A DNA stretch of 63,281 nucleotides, counting the filler. It is 4 parts of 4 records of this genome, joined end to end, with 100 filler letters (N's around TTAATTAATTAA, not from the genome) between each part and the next. Parts side by side here need not be neighbours in the genome. Positions count along the whole stretch, not along the records: positions 1 to 16,230 come from SRR2962707_847; 3 more parts are not named here. One strand, given 5' to 3'. Every line of letters starts with the position of its first letter. The stretch's first letter is position 1. The position numbers and the translations under genes were made by a program. This document shows, piece by piece, positions 1 through 10,324 of the stretch. The notes under the pieces are model-generated. The model was not told the DNA's origin. It saw only the letters and a program-made list of their open reading frames with translations, and did not search any database.

Positions 1-1260
1 TTCAACTTTGTTTTCAGAAACAATACTATGGATCAAATTCCGTCGTATCGAATTCGTCAAATTAGACAAAACGGACAATTAACGGGAGAAGGTTCTGGAG
101 AAATAAACTCTAATACTTACAATAGTTTTGTTGGTTTACTTCAGCATAAAAAAGATTTTAATTTTGCAAACTCATCATTAATTATTGGGGCAACCGCCGA
201 TTATTCTCCGCAGACTTATGTTGCAGAATCTATAACTGTTTTTGTGGATCCATCTACAGGAATTAATACTGGTTATAATTTAAACAATGGGGATTACATC
301 CTTAATTACAATGCCGATATATTTAATTATGCTGGTTTTCTTCAGTATGAAATTAACCCTATTGAAAACTTAAAAATTACAGCTGCATTACGTTACGACC
401 GCTTTGATTATGATTACAATAATATGTTAGACGGGCAGGCAGGGCCTAAAGATTCAGAAAATAATTATGATAATTTTGCTCCTAAAATTGGTTTTAATTA
501 CAACTTTACAAACCGTTCTGGTGTCTATGCTAATTATTCAAACGGATTTACACCCCCGCAGACTTCTACTTTATACAGAAATAGTTATGTAGGTGTTGGT
601 GGAGAAGTTTTTGACTTAAAGCCTAGCCACTATGACAATTATGAAATAGGTGGATATTTTGTATCTGAAAAATGGAAACTGGATGCTGCACTTTACATTT
701 TAGACGGAAAAAACACCTTAGTAACCTTGCGAGATACTAACGATGAATTTTACAATGCCAATGCTGGAGAAACACGCTCGTACGGAATTGAATATGGAAT
801 AACCTATAAACCAATTCCTGAATTAAGCTTAACCCACAATGGAAGTTTTGCAAAGCATCGCTACATTAAATTTTACGAAGGGGGTATAGATTACTCTAAC
901 ACCGACCAAGAAACGGCTCCTAGTCTTTTAGGGAACACTCAAATAAATTATCACCCTAATTTCATTAAAAATTTTATGCTTGGTTTAGAATATGAATTGG
1001 TAGGAAAATACAATACTAGTTTCGAAAACCAAATAGATAATGGCGATGGAACTTTTAGCACCGCAACCTATGATGGACATAATATTTTTAATTTACGGGC
1101 TAGCTACCAACTCAAACAATTTGAAATTTGGGCACATGCTTTAAACATTTTCGATATCCTCTATTCTACAAGGGCGTCTTTTAACCAATACAGTAAAGAA
1201 AATAATTACAGCATTGGAAATCCGCGTGCTTTTCATGTAGGAATTCGTTATAAATTTTAA
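1..1260 (+). CDS. TonB-dependent receptor, C-terminal beta-barrel part (5' truncated by window edge)
   Basis: Frame is open from base 1; barrel motifs LRYD, PKIGFNY, NIFD..Y and terminal GNPRAFHVGIRYKF. Confidence 0.93.
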   Translation, partial: FNFVFRNNTMDQIPSYRIRQIRQNGQLTGEGSGEINSNTYNSFVGLLQHKKDFNFANSSLIIGATADYSPQTYVAESITVFVDPSTGINTGYNLNNGDYILNYNADIFNYAGFLQYEINPIENLKITAALRYDRFDYDYNNMLDGQAGPKDSENNYDNFAPKIGFNYNFTNRSGVYANYSNGFTPPQTSTLYRNSYVGVGGEVFDLKPSHYDNYEIGGYFVSEKWKLDAALYILDGKNTLVTLRDTNDEFYNANAGETRSYGIEYGITYKPIPELSLTHNGSFAKHRYIKFYEGGIDYSNTDQETAPSLLGNTQINYHPNFIKNFMLGLEYELVGKYNTSFENQIDNGDGTFSTATYDGHNIFNLRASYQLKQFEIWAHALNIFDILYSTRASFNQYSKENNYSIGNPRAFHVGIRYKF

Positions 1261-1265
1261 TACAG

Positions 1266-2525
1266 ATGAAAACAAACACTAAACTCAACAAGTGGCTTTG
1301 GAAATGGCATTTTATTGCAGGCCTTATTTTGCTTCCATTTATACTTTTACTATCGGTTACTGGAGTAATATATCTATTTAAAGCACAATACGAAGCTCCC
1401 ATTTATAAACCCGTAAAAGAAGTAGCAGCACAAGGGAAGGCAATTTCTTACCAAAAGCAATGGGAAATAGCCAAAGAAAATGCGGCAAAAAAGCCTAACG
1501 GAATGATTCTTTCTTCTGAAGAAACTCAAGCAACCGAATTTACTTCTGGAATGTTTGGACATGCTAGCAGTTTATTTGTAAATCCGTATAAAGGAGACGT
1601 TTCTGGAGAAATATTGCCCCAAAAATCGTTTATGTATAAAGTAAGAAAACTTCATGGAGAGCTTCTCATGGGGAAATATGGAACTAAAGTAGTTGAATTA
1701 ATTGCCTGCTGGATGGTAGTTTTAATCCTTACTGGTTTATTTATTTGGTGGCCAGAACGTGGTTGGAAAATAAAAGGGTATTTTATTCCGAGAACAAATC
1801 TAGGTAAACGTACTTTTTTTAGAGACACCCATGCTATTACTGGATTTTGGATGTCCATTTTATTCCTAATAATTCTAGCTGGAGGATTACCTTGGACAGA
1901 TATTTGGGGAGCTGGATTTAAATGGGTTCAAGAGCAAACCAACACGGGTTACCCTTCCACTTGGAATAAATTTAGTGTAAATAACAACCCTGAAAACGCT
2001 CCTGTAATTTCCTTAGATGAAATGGTAGTAAAAGCAAAACTGCTAAACCTTCCTGGGGAGGTGAAAATAAGTTTTCCAAAAGGGAAAAACGGGGTTTACA
2101 GTGTTTCCAACACATATTATGCAAATCAAAATGACCAAAAAATGATTCATTTTAATCCGCATACTGGAGCACAAGTATTGCAACACAATTGGGAAGATGT
2201 TGGAATTTTAATGCGCGGCAGAATGTGGTTGATGGCTTTTCACCAAGGGCAATTTGGAAAGTGGAATTGGATTTTAATGATTTTTGCAGGGGCAGTTTTA
2301 TTCCTAATGAGTCTTTCCGCATTAATCTCCTATGCTTTACGAAAACGCAAAGGAGATTGGGGAATTCCAAAAGTTCCAGCATCTTTTAAAGCAAGTTATG
2401 GTGTTGTTATTCTAGTTGGAATTCTTTGTATTCTACTCCCTCTATTTGGATTAAGTGTTATATTAATCTGTATTTTTGTTCTTATTAGAAGTTTTAACAA
2501 GAAAAAACTACAAACCCAACTATAG
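1266..2525 (+). CDS. PepSY-associated TM helix domain protein (iron/metal-regulated membrane protein)
   Basis: WKWHFIAGL...SVTG, RKLHGEL, RDTHAITG and MAFHQG His motifs; directly follows the TonB receptor. Confidence 0.9.
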   Translation: MKTNTKLNKWLWKWHFIAGLILLPFILLLSVTGVIYLFKAQYEAPIYKPVKEVAAQGKAISYQKQWEIAKENAAKKPNGMILSSEETQATEFTSGMFGHASSLFVNPYKGDVSGEILPQKSFMYKVRKLHGELLMGKYGTKVVELIACWMVVLILTGLFIWWPERGWKIKGYFIPRTNLGKRTFFRDTHAITGFWMSILFLIILAGGLPWTDIWGAGFKWVQEQTNTGYPSTWNKFSVNNNPENAPVISLDEMVVKAKLLNLPGEVKISFPKGKNGVYSVSNTYYANQNDQKMIHFNPHTGAQVLQHNWEDVGILMRGRMWLMAFHQGQFGKWNWILMIFAGAVLFLMSLSALISYALRKRKGDWGIPKVPASFKASYGVVILVGILCILLPLFGLSVILICIFVLIRSFNKKKLQTQL

Positions 2526-2564
2526 AATATTTGAAAGTCTATTGAAAATAAAAAATCATTAAAA

Positions 2565-2987
2565 ATGAAAAAATTATTATTAATAATTTTAGCAATCTCA
2601 TTTAGCGTAATTGGTTGCAAGCAAGAGAAAAAACAAAGTTCAGAGCCTTCTAAAATGGAAATGGTAATGGCTGTACACGATAGCTTGATGCCTAAAATGA
2701 ATACCATAACTAAATTAATTGGCGCGCTAAACGCAAAAGCAGATTCCACAGAAACTGGAATGCAATATGAAGCGGCAAAAAAAGACCTTCAAGCAGCACA
2801 TAAATCAATGATGGATTGGATGCAGAGTTTTGGAGAACGTTTTGACCATGAAGAAATCCTTAACGGAAAAGAACTCTCAGAAGAAAAAAAGGAATTATTA
2901 AAAGAAGAAGAAGAAAACGTAAAAGCCTTAAAACAAGAAATCAATACCAGTATTGAAAATGCTAAGTTATTGTTAAATGAAAAGTAA
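2565..2987 (+). CDS. Helical lipoprotein with HDxxMPKM / MMDWM motifs
   Basis: Lipobox VIGC after a hydrophobic signal; Met/His-rich helices. Confidence 0.8.
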   Translation: MKKLLLIILAISFSVIGCKQEKKQSSEPSKMEMVMAVHDSLMPKMNTITKLIGALNAKADSTETGMQYEAAKKDLQAAHKSMMDWMQSFGERFDHEEILNGKELSEEKKELLKEEEENVKALKQEINTSIENAKLLLNEK

Positions 2988-3008
2988 TTTTTGACATCTT
3001 AATCAAAT

Positions 3009-3045
3009 AAAATGCCTTCAAAATTAAGTTTTGAAGGCATTTTTT
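3009..3045. terminator. Bidirectional intrinsic terminator
   Basis: AAAATGCCTTCAAAA-ttaag-TTTTGAAGGCATTTT between convergent genes. Confidence 0.9.
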
Positions 3046-3047
3046 AA

Positions 3048-3914
3048 TTATTTTTTATACTTACTACCAAAAGGGCAACGTTTAATCATATACTTTAACC
3101 CTGAGTGATACGCATCAATCCCCAATCCAAAAGGATGTCTAGACTCTGCATATATATTTTCCCCTTTATCGTTAAAGATTTTTAAATCTAATTTTACATC
3201 GTAGCTTATTGTTGTTGAAGAATTAGATGAAGCTATTGCTACCCCTTTATTCTCTGTATTTTTTCTATCTTTCTCCTTTTCTTTATCCTTGTAAGAAACT
3301 ACATCACTACCATAAGTTCTTGTTCCTTCATTTATAACTTCAGTTGCGCCATACATAACATATTCCACTCCAAGTATAGAAGCTAATTCAGTTGGTAGAA
3401 GTGTAGCTATAGCCGTTGCATCAATTCCTTTTTTAGCCAATAATGCATTTGTAGTCATTGGGTCTTGAATAGTTACAGCAAACGCACTCTCTTCTCGCAA
3501 AATATTTGCACAATCGTTTTGTACTTGCACCCCAAAAACATCAGGTTTTATGGCATCATCATTAGATACAATAGAAAAAGGTAACACAGCCACTTTATTT
3601 TTAGTACTTCCTGAAGATGAATTATTTGCTATCAAACTAGAAGCTTGCTTTGGCTCATTCACAACTTCTACCCTACCACTGGAAAATTGAATTTGATTTA
3701 TTTCCTCTTTGGAAATCTCATATTCCAAACTCTCCCCAACATAAGTAAACTTTATAGCATCGGAATTTACACTTATTACCTTCCCCTTTTTAATATCTCC
3801 ATTTAGCATGGTGATTATATCCACAGAATCTTGAGCAGTTAGCGTGCTTGTTATAAAAGACAAAAAAAGTAGTGTAGTAAGGAGAAATCTCGGATATGTT
3901 TTTGAGATAGACAT
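3048..3914 (-). CDS. Secreted hypothetical protein (small N-terminal beta domain plus alpha/beta domain starting VAVLPF)
   Basis: 288-aa ORF with signal peptide ending TLTAQ; DIITMLNG motif; KVAVLPF resembles CsgG/TolB-N-like folds (inference). Confidence 0.75.
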   Translation of the reverse strand: MSISKTYPRFLLTTLLFLSFITSTLTAQDSVDIITMLNGDIKKGKVISVNSDAIKFTYVGESLEYEISKEEINQIQFSSGRVEVVNEPKQASSLIANNSSSGSTKNKVAVLPFSIVSNDDAIKPDVFGVQVQNDCANILREESAFAVTIQDPMTTNALLAKKGIDATAIATLLPTELASILGVEYVMYGATEVINEGTRTYGSDVVSYKDKEKEKDRKNTENKGVAIASSNSSTTISYDVKLDLKIFNDKGENIYAESRHPFGLGIDAYHSGLKYMIKRCPFGSKYKK

Positions 3915-4252
3915 ATATATTATATTTATAATTAGACCTTTATAAAGATACCTCCTACAAATATAAAATCATAATTTAACATCAATAAGTAGTAAATTTT
4001 TGATTAAACATTAAGATTTACCCTACTTAATTATTTTTTCAAGCTATAATTTGAGAATTTGAAAGCACTAATAAGTTATTCTTGGAGAAGGAGTATCTTA
4101 TTTCCAATGAACTATTCCCATAATCTTTCTAATATCCTCTTCTAAGTATCTCTTACGTAAAACACATAAAAAATATTCTAACTAAAATTATCTATTTACT
4201 TTTATATGATTACTTTTTTCTATATTTAGAGCTATCAAATTATGTAAATAAA

Positions 4253-6133
4253 ATGAAAAAAATAGTACTTATGTTATGCTGCTTTCTTGCAACGCAGCTT
4301 AGCTTTTCACAGAGAGAAGCGTCTAAAACTTTAGATTTTGAAAACACAGTAGACGACCTTCTAGTTGTACCTTTCAACGGCATTACTGTAATTTCAGATG
4401 GCGCCAAGGTATATGCTTACGACCCCGAACAAGAAAAAATTATTTGGGAGAAACCAGCCCCTCAACGTACAGGAGTCGATATGGCAGCTGAATTTTTAAC
4501 TACTGGAGGGATTGATTATACCAAGTTTAATGTTATTGAATCCACTCCCTTTGTTGAGAAATTTTTTGACGGAAGACTCTTTGTTATTAATAGTTATGAT
4601 GGGCAAATACTTTTTTCTGCTGAAGGCGAAGCAGAGTATTTCCAAGCGGAATATCTTTTTGATGAAAATGCCTTTTTACTAAGAGGTGTTAAAGGCAAAG
4701 AACTCATAATTGCTAAATACAATATTCCAGAACAAAAGTTCGAATGGCAAACCGTTGTTTCTGAAACCTATGCAGAATGGTTACAAACCATGAGTAAAAT
4801 AGCTGGAATGAATAAAATTGGAGATCTAGACAAAATGGATTATACCAACGATAAAGTTTTTTCTTTAATTAAAAAACAATTCTTCGTGCTAGATAAGCAA
4901 ACAGGAGAATTATTATGGAAAGTAGACTCTGGTGATATTATTGATTTCAAAAGATCATTAGACGGAGCAAAAGTAGTAACTATAGAAAGTAAAGGAATAA
5001 TTTCCAACAAAAACGAAGTAATGCTGTATAATGCAGAAAATGGCACCCAAATATGGGATAAAAAACTAACTACCAAATATGTTGTTCTTTTTGAAGATTG
5101 GCAAGATAAAATGCTTTTAGCACATCAGAAAGGATTCAATTTCTACGATTATACAACTGGTGAAAAAGTATGGAAAAAAGATCCTAAAGGAAAAGGAATT
5201 AAGAGTGTTGTTCCCATTGGTACCGATTTCTTGTATGTGTATGATGATGAAATGATGCTTATTAATAAAGAAGGTGAGAAAATGTGGAAAAAAGATGTAA
5301 AAATATGTGATGATGAAGAGGATCCTATTTATTTTCTTGAAAAAACTAAAAACGGTCGTGTTTTATACATAACTGCCACCTACGCAAATATGGTAAATTA
5401 TAAAACAGGTGAAAAAATATGGAGAAAAAATTTAAAGTTGAACGAAAAGCGACCAACATTTGCTGAATACAATGAAAACTCTGGAAACTTTATTATATAC
5501 AACGATGAAGAGCTCTACCGATTTGATGAAAACAGTACTGAAAAACCCGAGCCTTATGCAGAATTAAAACTTAAAAATGAAAAAGATTTAACAAGTCTAG
5601 AAATTTTTCCTAATAATGTAACAATAACAGGGTTAAATGAAGTTGTTGGAGTTGATAAAAGTGGAAAAGTTATATTTCATAACCAATACAAGCAACCTGG
5701 AGAAACAGGTCGTGTACTAAAAAATATAGGGCTAGGACTTGCAAATATTGGCTTTGCTGTTGCTGGTGCAACTTCTACTACAAATACTTACTACAGAGAT
5801 TCTGAAGGAAATATAGTAAGTAGAAGTTCTACTTCGGCAGTTTTTGGTGATAAAGCTAAAGCAATTGGCGATGCAGGCTATATAGCTACCGCTGCAGCAA
5901 TGCTTTTTGCTAAGGAAAGACACAATGCCCTACAAGAAACAAACAAATATGCTATTCTTTTTGCTAAAGGAGAAAATGGTGAACGCTTATTAATAAAAGT
6001 AGATAAAGAAACAGGAGAAGAACTAGATAAAATAACTGTTGATAATCTAAGACCAATTTACGATGTAGATTATGCTACCGATGATATTTATTATAGTGTA
6101 AAAAATCAGGTTAAAGTTTTTAAATCAGAATAG
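4253..6133 (+). CDS. PQQ-like beta-propeller repeat protein, secreted
   Basis: Signal peptide; repeated D.xTGE.xW motifs (DKQTGELLWK, NGTQIWDK, TTGEKVWKK, KTGEKIWRK). Confidence 0.82.
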   Translation: MKKIVLMLCCFLATQLSFSQREASKTLDFENTVDDLLVVPFNGITVISDGAKVYAYDPEQEKIIWEKPAPQRTGVDMAAEFLTTGGIDYTKFNVIESTPFVEKFFDGRLFVINSYDGQILFSAEGEAEYFQAEYLFDENAFLLRGVKGKELIIAKYNIPEQKFEWQTVVSETYAEWLQTMSKIAGMNKIGDLDKMDYTNDKVFSLIKKQFFVLDKQTGELLWKVDSGDIIDFKRSLDGAKVVTIESKGIISNKNEVMLYNAENGTQIWDKKLTTKYVVLFEDWQDKMLLAHQKGFNFYDYTTGEKVWKKDPKGKGIKSVVPIGTDFLYVYDDEMMLINKEGEKMWKKDVKICDDEEDPIYFLEKTKNGRVLYITATYANMVNYKTGEKIWRKNLKLNEKRPTFAEYNENSGNFIIYNDEELYRFDENSTEKPEPYAELKLKNEKDLTSLEIFPNNVTITGLNEVVGVDKSGKVIFHNQYKQPGETGRVLKNIGLGLANIGFAVAGATSTTNTYYRDSEGNIVSRSSTSAVFGDKAKAIGDAGYIATAAAMLFAKERHNALQETNKYAILFAKGENGERLLIKVDKETGEELDKITVDNLRPIYDVDYATDDIYYSVKNQVKVFKSE

Positions 6134-6169
6134 ACACTATCGATTTAAATACAATGTACTTATAAGGTA

Positions 6170-6195
6170 AAAGAGGAGTTTTTAAACTCCTCTTT
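6170..6195. terminator. Bidirectional intrinsic terminator
   Basis: AAAGAGGAGTTT-tt-AAACTCCTCTTT between convergent genes. Confidence 0.85.
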
Positions 6196-6202
6196 CTTTA
6201 TT

Positions 6203-7771
6203 CTATTCACAATACACAACATCTTCAATAAAACTGCGTAAGCTTGCTGTATTGTTTTTATAATAGTTCTTATCTATCAACTCATTTACTTTAGAACAAG
6301 AACCTGTAAACTTTTTTAACTCATTTTTAAACCCCATCAAAAATTTATACGAACGGTTAGAATAACCTACCTCTTCATCTTTTATAAAGAAAACAACCTC
6401 ATCGTCTAGAAATGCATACATAGAAAGCTCTTCTGTTTCAAATTCTTTTCGTACCAAATATTTTTCTGGCAACTTAGCCCGAGGGTTGTTTTTGTATGAA
6501 ATAAATTCCTTCTGAACATATATGTTGTTCTCATCAAAAACTAATTCTTTTAAATCTGCTGCATTAAATATATTTAGCTTTAAATTTCCGTTCTCATCGG
6601 GTAAATATACCTTTGCTTCTGCCCCTACCATTGCAAGATCTTGATAATTCATATTTGCGATTAATGTATCGTTCTCAACGGTAACCAAATATGCAAAACT
6701 ACTTACTTCTTCAACTTCTACCTCATTAAATTTCTCATCTATTGGAACTACCATTCTTCTACTATCTACCATATTTGCGGCTAGTATTTTATCTAAATCA
6801 CTGGCGGTATTTATTAACTCTTCTGCATCTGTATCGCTATACTTAAGTGGAAAAATCATTTCAGCATATTTTATGGCTTGACTAGGGATGTCCATATAGT
6901 ATGATAGAATAGCGCAATTATATAAACAAGCAAATTTTACCTTTCGCTCTCTTCTAGAATCTCCTTCTATTTGATTAGCCATTTGTTCAAACGCTTCAAC
7001 TATTGGAGATAATGCTTCTCTAGTTTCTTCAATTGGAGCTTCATGGTTTATTCCACTCATTATCGCTTTTACCTAGCTAAATTCTGTTTTCTGAGGCTCT
7101 GTAAGCGGATTATTTCTTGAATCTAATATCCATAAATAAGCATTCGTTTTATAGGGTCTATATCCAAAAGCCGAGTTTATTATATCATCTATTCTATAAC
7201 TAACATACTCCACAAAATTATAAAGTATTTCTTCTTTTATCTCCTCTTTATTTACATCGTAATGTGCGTAAGCCTCTTGTTTACTGTTAAAATAATCTGA
7301 AGCGTATTTCTCCACTCTGTCTAGGTTATTTTCCATTTTAAGTTCAAACGGATTTTCAACCATATACCCTCCTCTTACTTTGTAACTAAACAAATAACGG
7401 TATACATAATATGACCGCACAACATTCCCATCATCGTCTTTTACCTCTATAAGCTTACTGTCAATAGAAAACGATTGGGGATCGATTAAAAAACTCGATA
7501 AATTTAACTTTACATGTACTTTAGGTGCTACTTCTTCTCTTCTAAACCCTTGTATTTGGATATCATTAGAAATAGCTGTTTCAGAAATTAAATTCCCTAC
7601 GGTTTCGTCTATTGTACTTGAAACATTATAAGTTCGCTCGTTCTCATTTAAAATAGGATGAGAAGGTAATTTCACATAAGCAACAGAGAAATACTCCTTG
7701 TCGATATCCGCAGCCTGCGACCATGAAAACCATGGAAGAATCAATACTATTAAAATTAGTATACGCAACAT
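6203..7771 (-). pseudogene. Secreted hypothetical protein interrupted by one in-frame TAG at 7073-7075 (tracked as ORFs 7073..7771 and 6203..7060)
   Basis: Minus strand reads TTT AGC TAG GTA AAA GCG ATA ATG AGT, so both ORFs share a frame 12 nt apart; only the upstream part has a signal peptide. Confidence 0.7.
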
Positions 7772-7789
7772 AATATATTATTTAGGTAG

Positions 7790-8350
7790 TTAATTTTGCC
7801 ACTTTAGGCTTTCCATAATCTTTCTAATATCTTCTTCTAAGTATTTAGCGGCTGGAAGTACCGAATCGTAATTAGGTTTGGTGTTAAAATATAATGACCC
7901 TGTTAGAAAGTGAGAAGTGCTATCGGTTACATAAAATTGAGAAGCCGAAGCCGCATTGCCTGTTACCAAATAAAACATTCCATAAACCTTATTATCTGGA
8001 TTTACAAATGGCTGTTCTTGGATATTATCGGCCTTAGCTACATGCTCATAAGTAAGTTTTTGAGCATCTCGTAATAATTTGTCCAAATTGTTCTTAACGG
8101 GCTTATACGTAATATAGATACTCGCATTCATTTGCGGATAATCAACCGTCATGGAACAATTGTTAGAGGTCTTTACCGTTGTTTCTTTATTCACTTGAAA
8201 AATGTAAGGACATACTCTCTCTACTGAAACATAAGAAGCAGTAGGATATTCCAAACGAAGCATTCCATTAGGTTTTGGAACTGGATCATTTCCACATGAA
8301 TATAAAACTACGCTTAAAATAAGTATGTTTATAAAGATTGCTTTTTTCAA
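7790..8350 (-). CDS. gldD: Gliding motility lipoprotein GldD
   Basis: Lipobox LYSC, PKPNGMLRLEYP, GNAASASQFYVTDS, PNYDS; adjacent to gldE. Confidence 0.95.
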   Translation of the reverse strand: MKKAIFINILILSVVLYSCGNDPVPKPNGMLRLEYPTASYVSVERVCPYIFQVNKETTVKTSNNCSMTVDYPQMNASIYITYKPVKNNLDKLLRDAQKLTYEHVAKADNIQEQPFVNPDNKVYGMFYLVTGNAASASQFYVTDSTSHFLTGSLYFNTKPNYDSVLPAAKYLEEDIRKIMESLKWQN

Positions 8351-9666
8351 TGAAGTGTAACTTTTATTTGTTTGATTCGCTTTTTATCTAACGCTTCAAT
8401 TTTAAAGGTAATATTATTGAAAACAATATTTTCTCCTTTTTTTGGGAAGCTTCCCGCTATTTCCAAAACAAATCCTGCTATGGTTTCAGATTCTCCTTTA
8501 TTGTCTTCAAAAATACTTTCATGTTCAATATCAATAACTCTATAAAAGTCTTTTAATGCTGTTTTTCCTTCAAAGACAAAGTTTTTTTCATCTAATTTAG
8601 AATAAACAAGATCTTCATCGTCGAATTCATCACTAATATCTCCTACAATTTCTTCAATAATATCTTCTAAAGTTACCAAACCAGAAGTTCCTCCATATTC
8701 ATCCACAACAATAGCTAAATGCTTTTTCATCTCTTGGAACTCCTTCAATAAATCGTCTAATTTTTTATTTTCAGGAACAAAATAAGGCTCTCTTTTTAAA
8801 GAAGTCCAATCAAAATTCTTTTTATCTAGATATGGCAATAAATCTTTTACATATAAAACTCCAGTTACATTGTCCATATTATCTTTAAAAACTGGAATTC
8901 TAGAATAGCCATTCTTAATAATCTCATCCACAATTTCCTGAAACTTCATCTCTTCATTTAATGCAAAAACATCTATTCGAGGCTGCATTACTTGTCGTGT
9001 ATCCGTATTTCCGAAAGAAACAATTCCTTGTAAGATTTTCTGTTCTTCTATTGTTGTATCTTCCTCCGAGGTAAGTTCTAATGCATGAGAAAGTTGATCT
9101 ATTGAAATATTGGTACGCTGTTTTCCTAATTTATCTTGTAAAAAGATGGTTATGGAGCGCATTGGCATACTTAAAGGATAGAAAAGTGTATCTAAAACAT
9201 TCAAGGGATATGCCATAAAATAAGCAAATTTGAGCTTGTTTCTATTTGCATATACTTTTGGAAGAATTTCTCCAAAGAGCAAAATTAGAAAAGTAGCTAC
9301 AACTACTTCCACAATAAAACGCACTTCTATAATTCCTAAAATTCTTCCCTCTAAGCCTCCGAAGAAAAAATTTCCGAGAGAACTAAACAATAATACAATG
9401 GCAATATTTATAAAATTATTGGCAACCAAAATAGTTGCTAATAACTTTTTTGGTTTGTCTAGTAGCTTTACAATTATGTTTCCTACGGTAGTTTTTTTGT
9501 CTTGGACGTCGTTAACATCTGTTTGAGAAAGTGAAAAAAAGGCTACTTCTGCTCCAGAAATAAGAGCAGAACAAGCAAGTAATACAACTAAAACTATCAA
9601 TTTAATAATTGAAGTTGTGTCAATAAATAATAAAATTGAAAATAAACTCGAGGGCTCTGGGTCCAA
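8347..9666 (-). CDS. gldE: Gliding motility-associated protein GldE (DUF21-CBS-CorC family)
   Basis: TTG start MDPEP; SGAEVAFFSL, GEILPK, YSRIPV, VVDEYGGTSG; overlaps gldD. Confidence 0.95.
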   Translation of the reverse strand: MDPEPSSLFSILLFIDTTSIIKLIVLVVLLACSALISGAEVAFFSLSQTDVNDVQDKKTTVGNIIVKLLDKPKKLLATILVANNFINIAIVLLFSSLGNFFFGGLEGRILGIIEVRFIVEVVVATFLILLFGEILPKVYANRNKLKFAYFMAYPLNVLDTLFYPLSMPMRSITIFLQDKLGKQRTNISIDQLSHALELTSEEDTTIEEQKILQGIVSFGNTDTRQVMQPRIDVFALNEEMKFQEIVDEIIKNGYSRIPVFKDNMDNVTGVLYVKDLLPYLDKKNFDWTSLKREPYFVPENKKLDDLLKEFQEMKKHLAIVVDEYGGTSGLVTLEDIIEEIVGDISDEFDDEDLVYSKLDEKNFVFEGKTALKDFYRVIDIEHESIFEDNKGESETIAGFVLEIAGSFPKKGENIVFNNITFKIEALDKKRIKQIKVTLH

Positions 9667-9691
9667 AGGTTTTTGTTTTGATTAAACTTGG

Positions 9692-10180
9692 TTAAAATGG
9701 TAAATCGTCATCTGCATCTGGAGATAATGGCGATTGTTCCGATGCTTGATGATGCTGCTGAGGCGATTCTGTATTTTGGTTATTGCTACTTTGATTTTGA
9801 CTAGGCGAAGAAGCATTTTGCTGAGCCCCTCCTGCACTTTCTCCTTTATTAGATAAGAAAGTAAAATCTGTTGCCTGTACTTCTGTGGTATATCTCATAT
9901 TTCCATCTTCTCCCTGCCACTGTCTTGTTTTTAAGCGTCCTTCAATATAAACTTTATCACCTTTGCTTAAATATTTTTCACAAACTTCGGCAGCTTTATT
10001 ACGTACTACAACAGTATGCCATTCGGTATTAGAAACACGCTCTCCTGTTTGTCTGTTTGTATACGTTTCATTGGTTGCTAGCGGGAAACGTCCAATACAA
10101 TTGCCTCCTTCAAAATAATTCATTTTCACGTCGTCTCCTAAGTGACCAATCAGCATTACTTTATTTAACGTTCCACTCAT
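9692..10180 (-). CDS. ssb: Single-stranded DNA-binding protein
   Basis: LNKVMLIGHLG, TEWH, acidic tail DDDLPF. Confidence 0.97.
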   Translation of the reverse strand: MSGTLNKVMLIGHLGDDVKMNYFEGGNCIGRFPLATNETYTNRQTGERVSNTEWHTVVVRNKAAEVCEKYLSKGDKVYIEGRLKTRQWQGEDGNMRYTTEVQATDFTFLSNKGESAGGAQQNASSPSQNQSSNNQNTESPQQHHQASEQSPLSPDADDDLPF

Positions 10181-10324
10181 AATATTATTTCTTAAAATCT
10201 ATTTCGTTAATTTATAAATGTATTAAAAATTACTAAATTTTCATTGCAAAAAAATGGTAATTTACAAGATGTCTTTCAAATTGCAACTTCAACTTTAAAA
10301 GTATTTGTTTGCAATTAAAACACA

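Noticed and set aside
7073-7075. Pyrrolysine or stop-codon reassignment at the in-frame TAG
   Set aside because: TAG terminates several normal genes in the same contigs and no pyl genes are seen.
10281-10316. AATTGCAA...TTGCAATT inverted repeat between mutY and ssb
   Set aside because: Only 8-bp AT-rich arms with a long spacer; no independent support as an operator.
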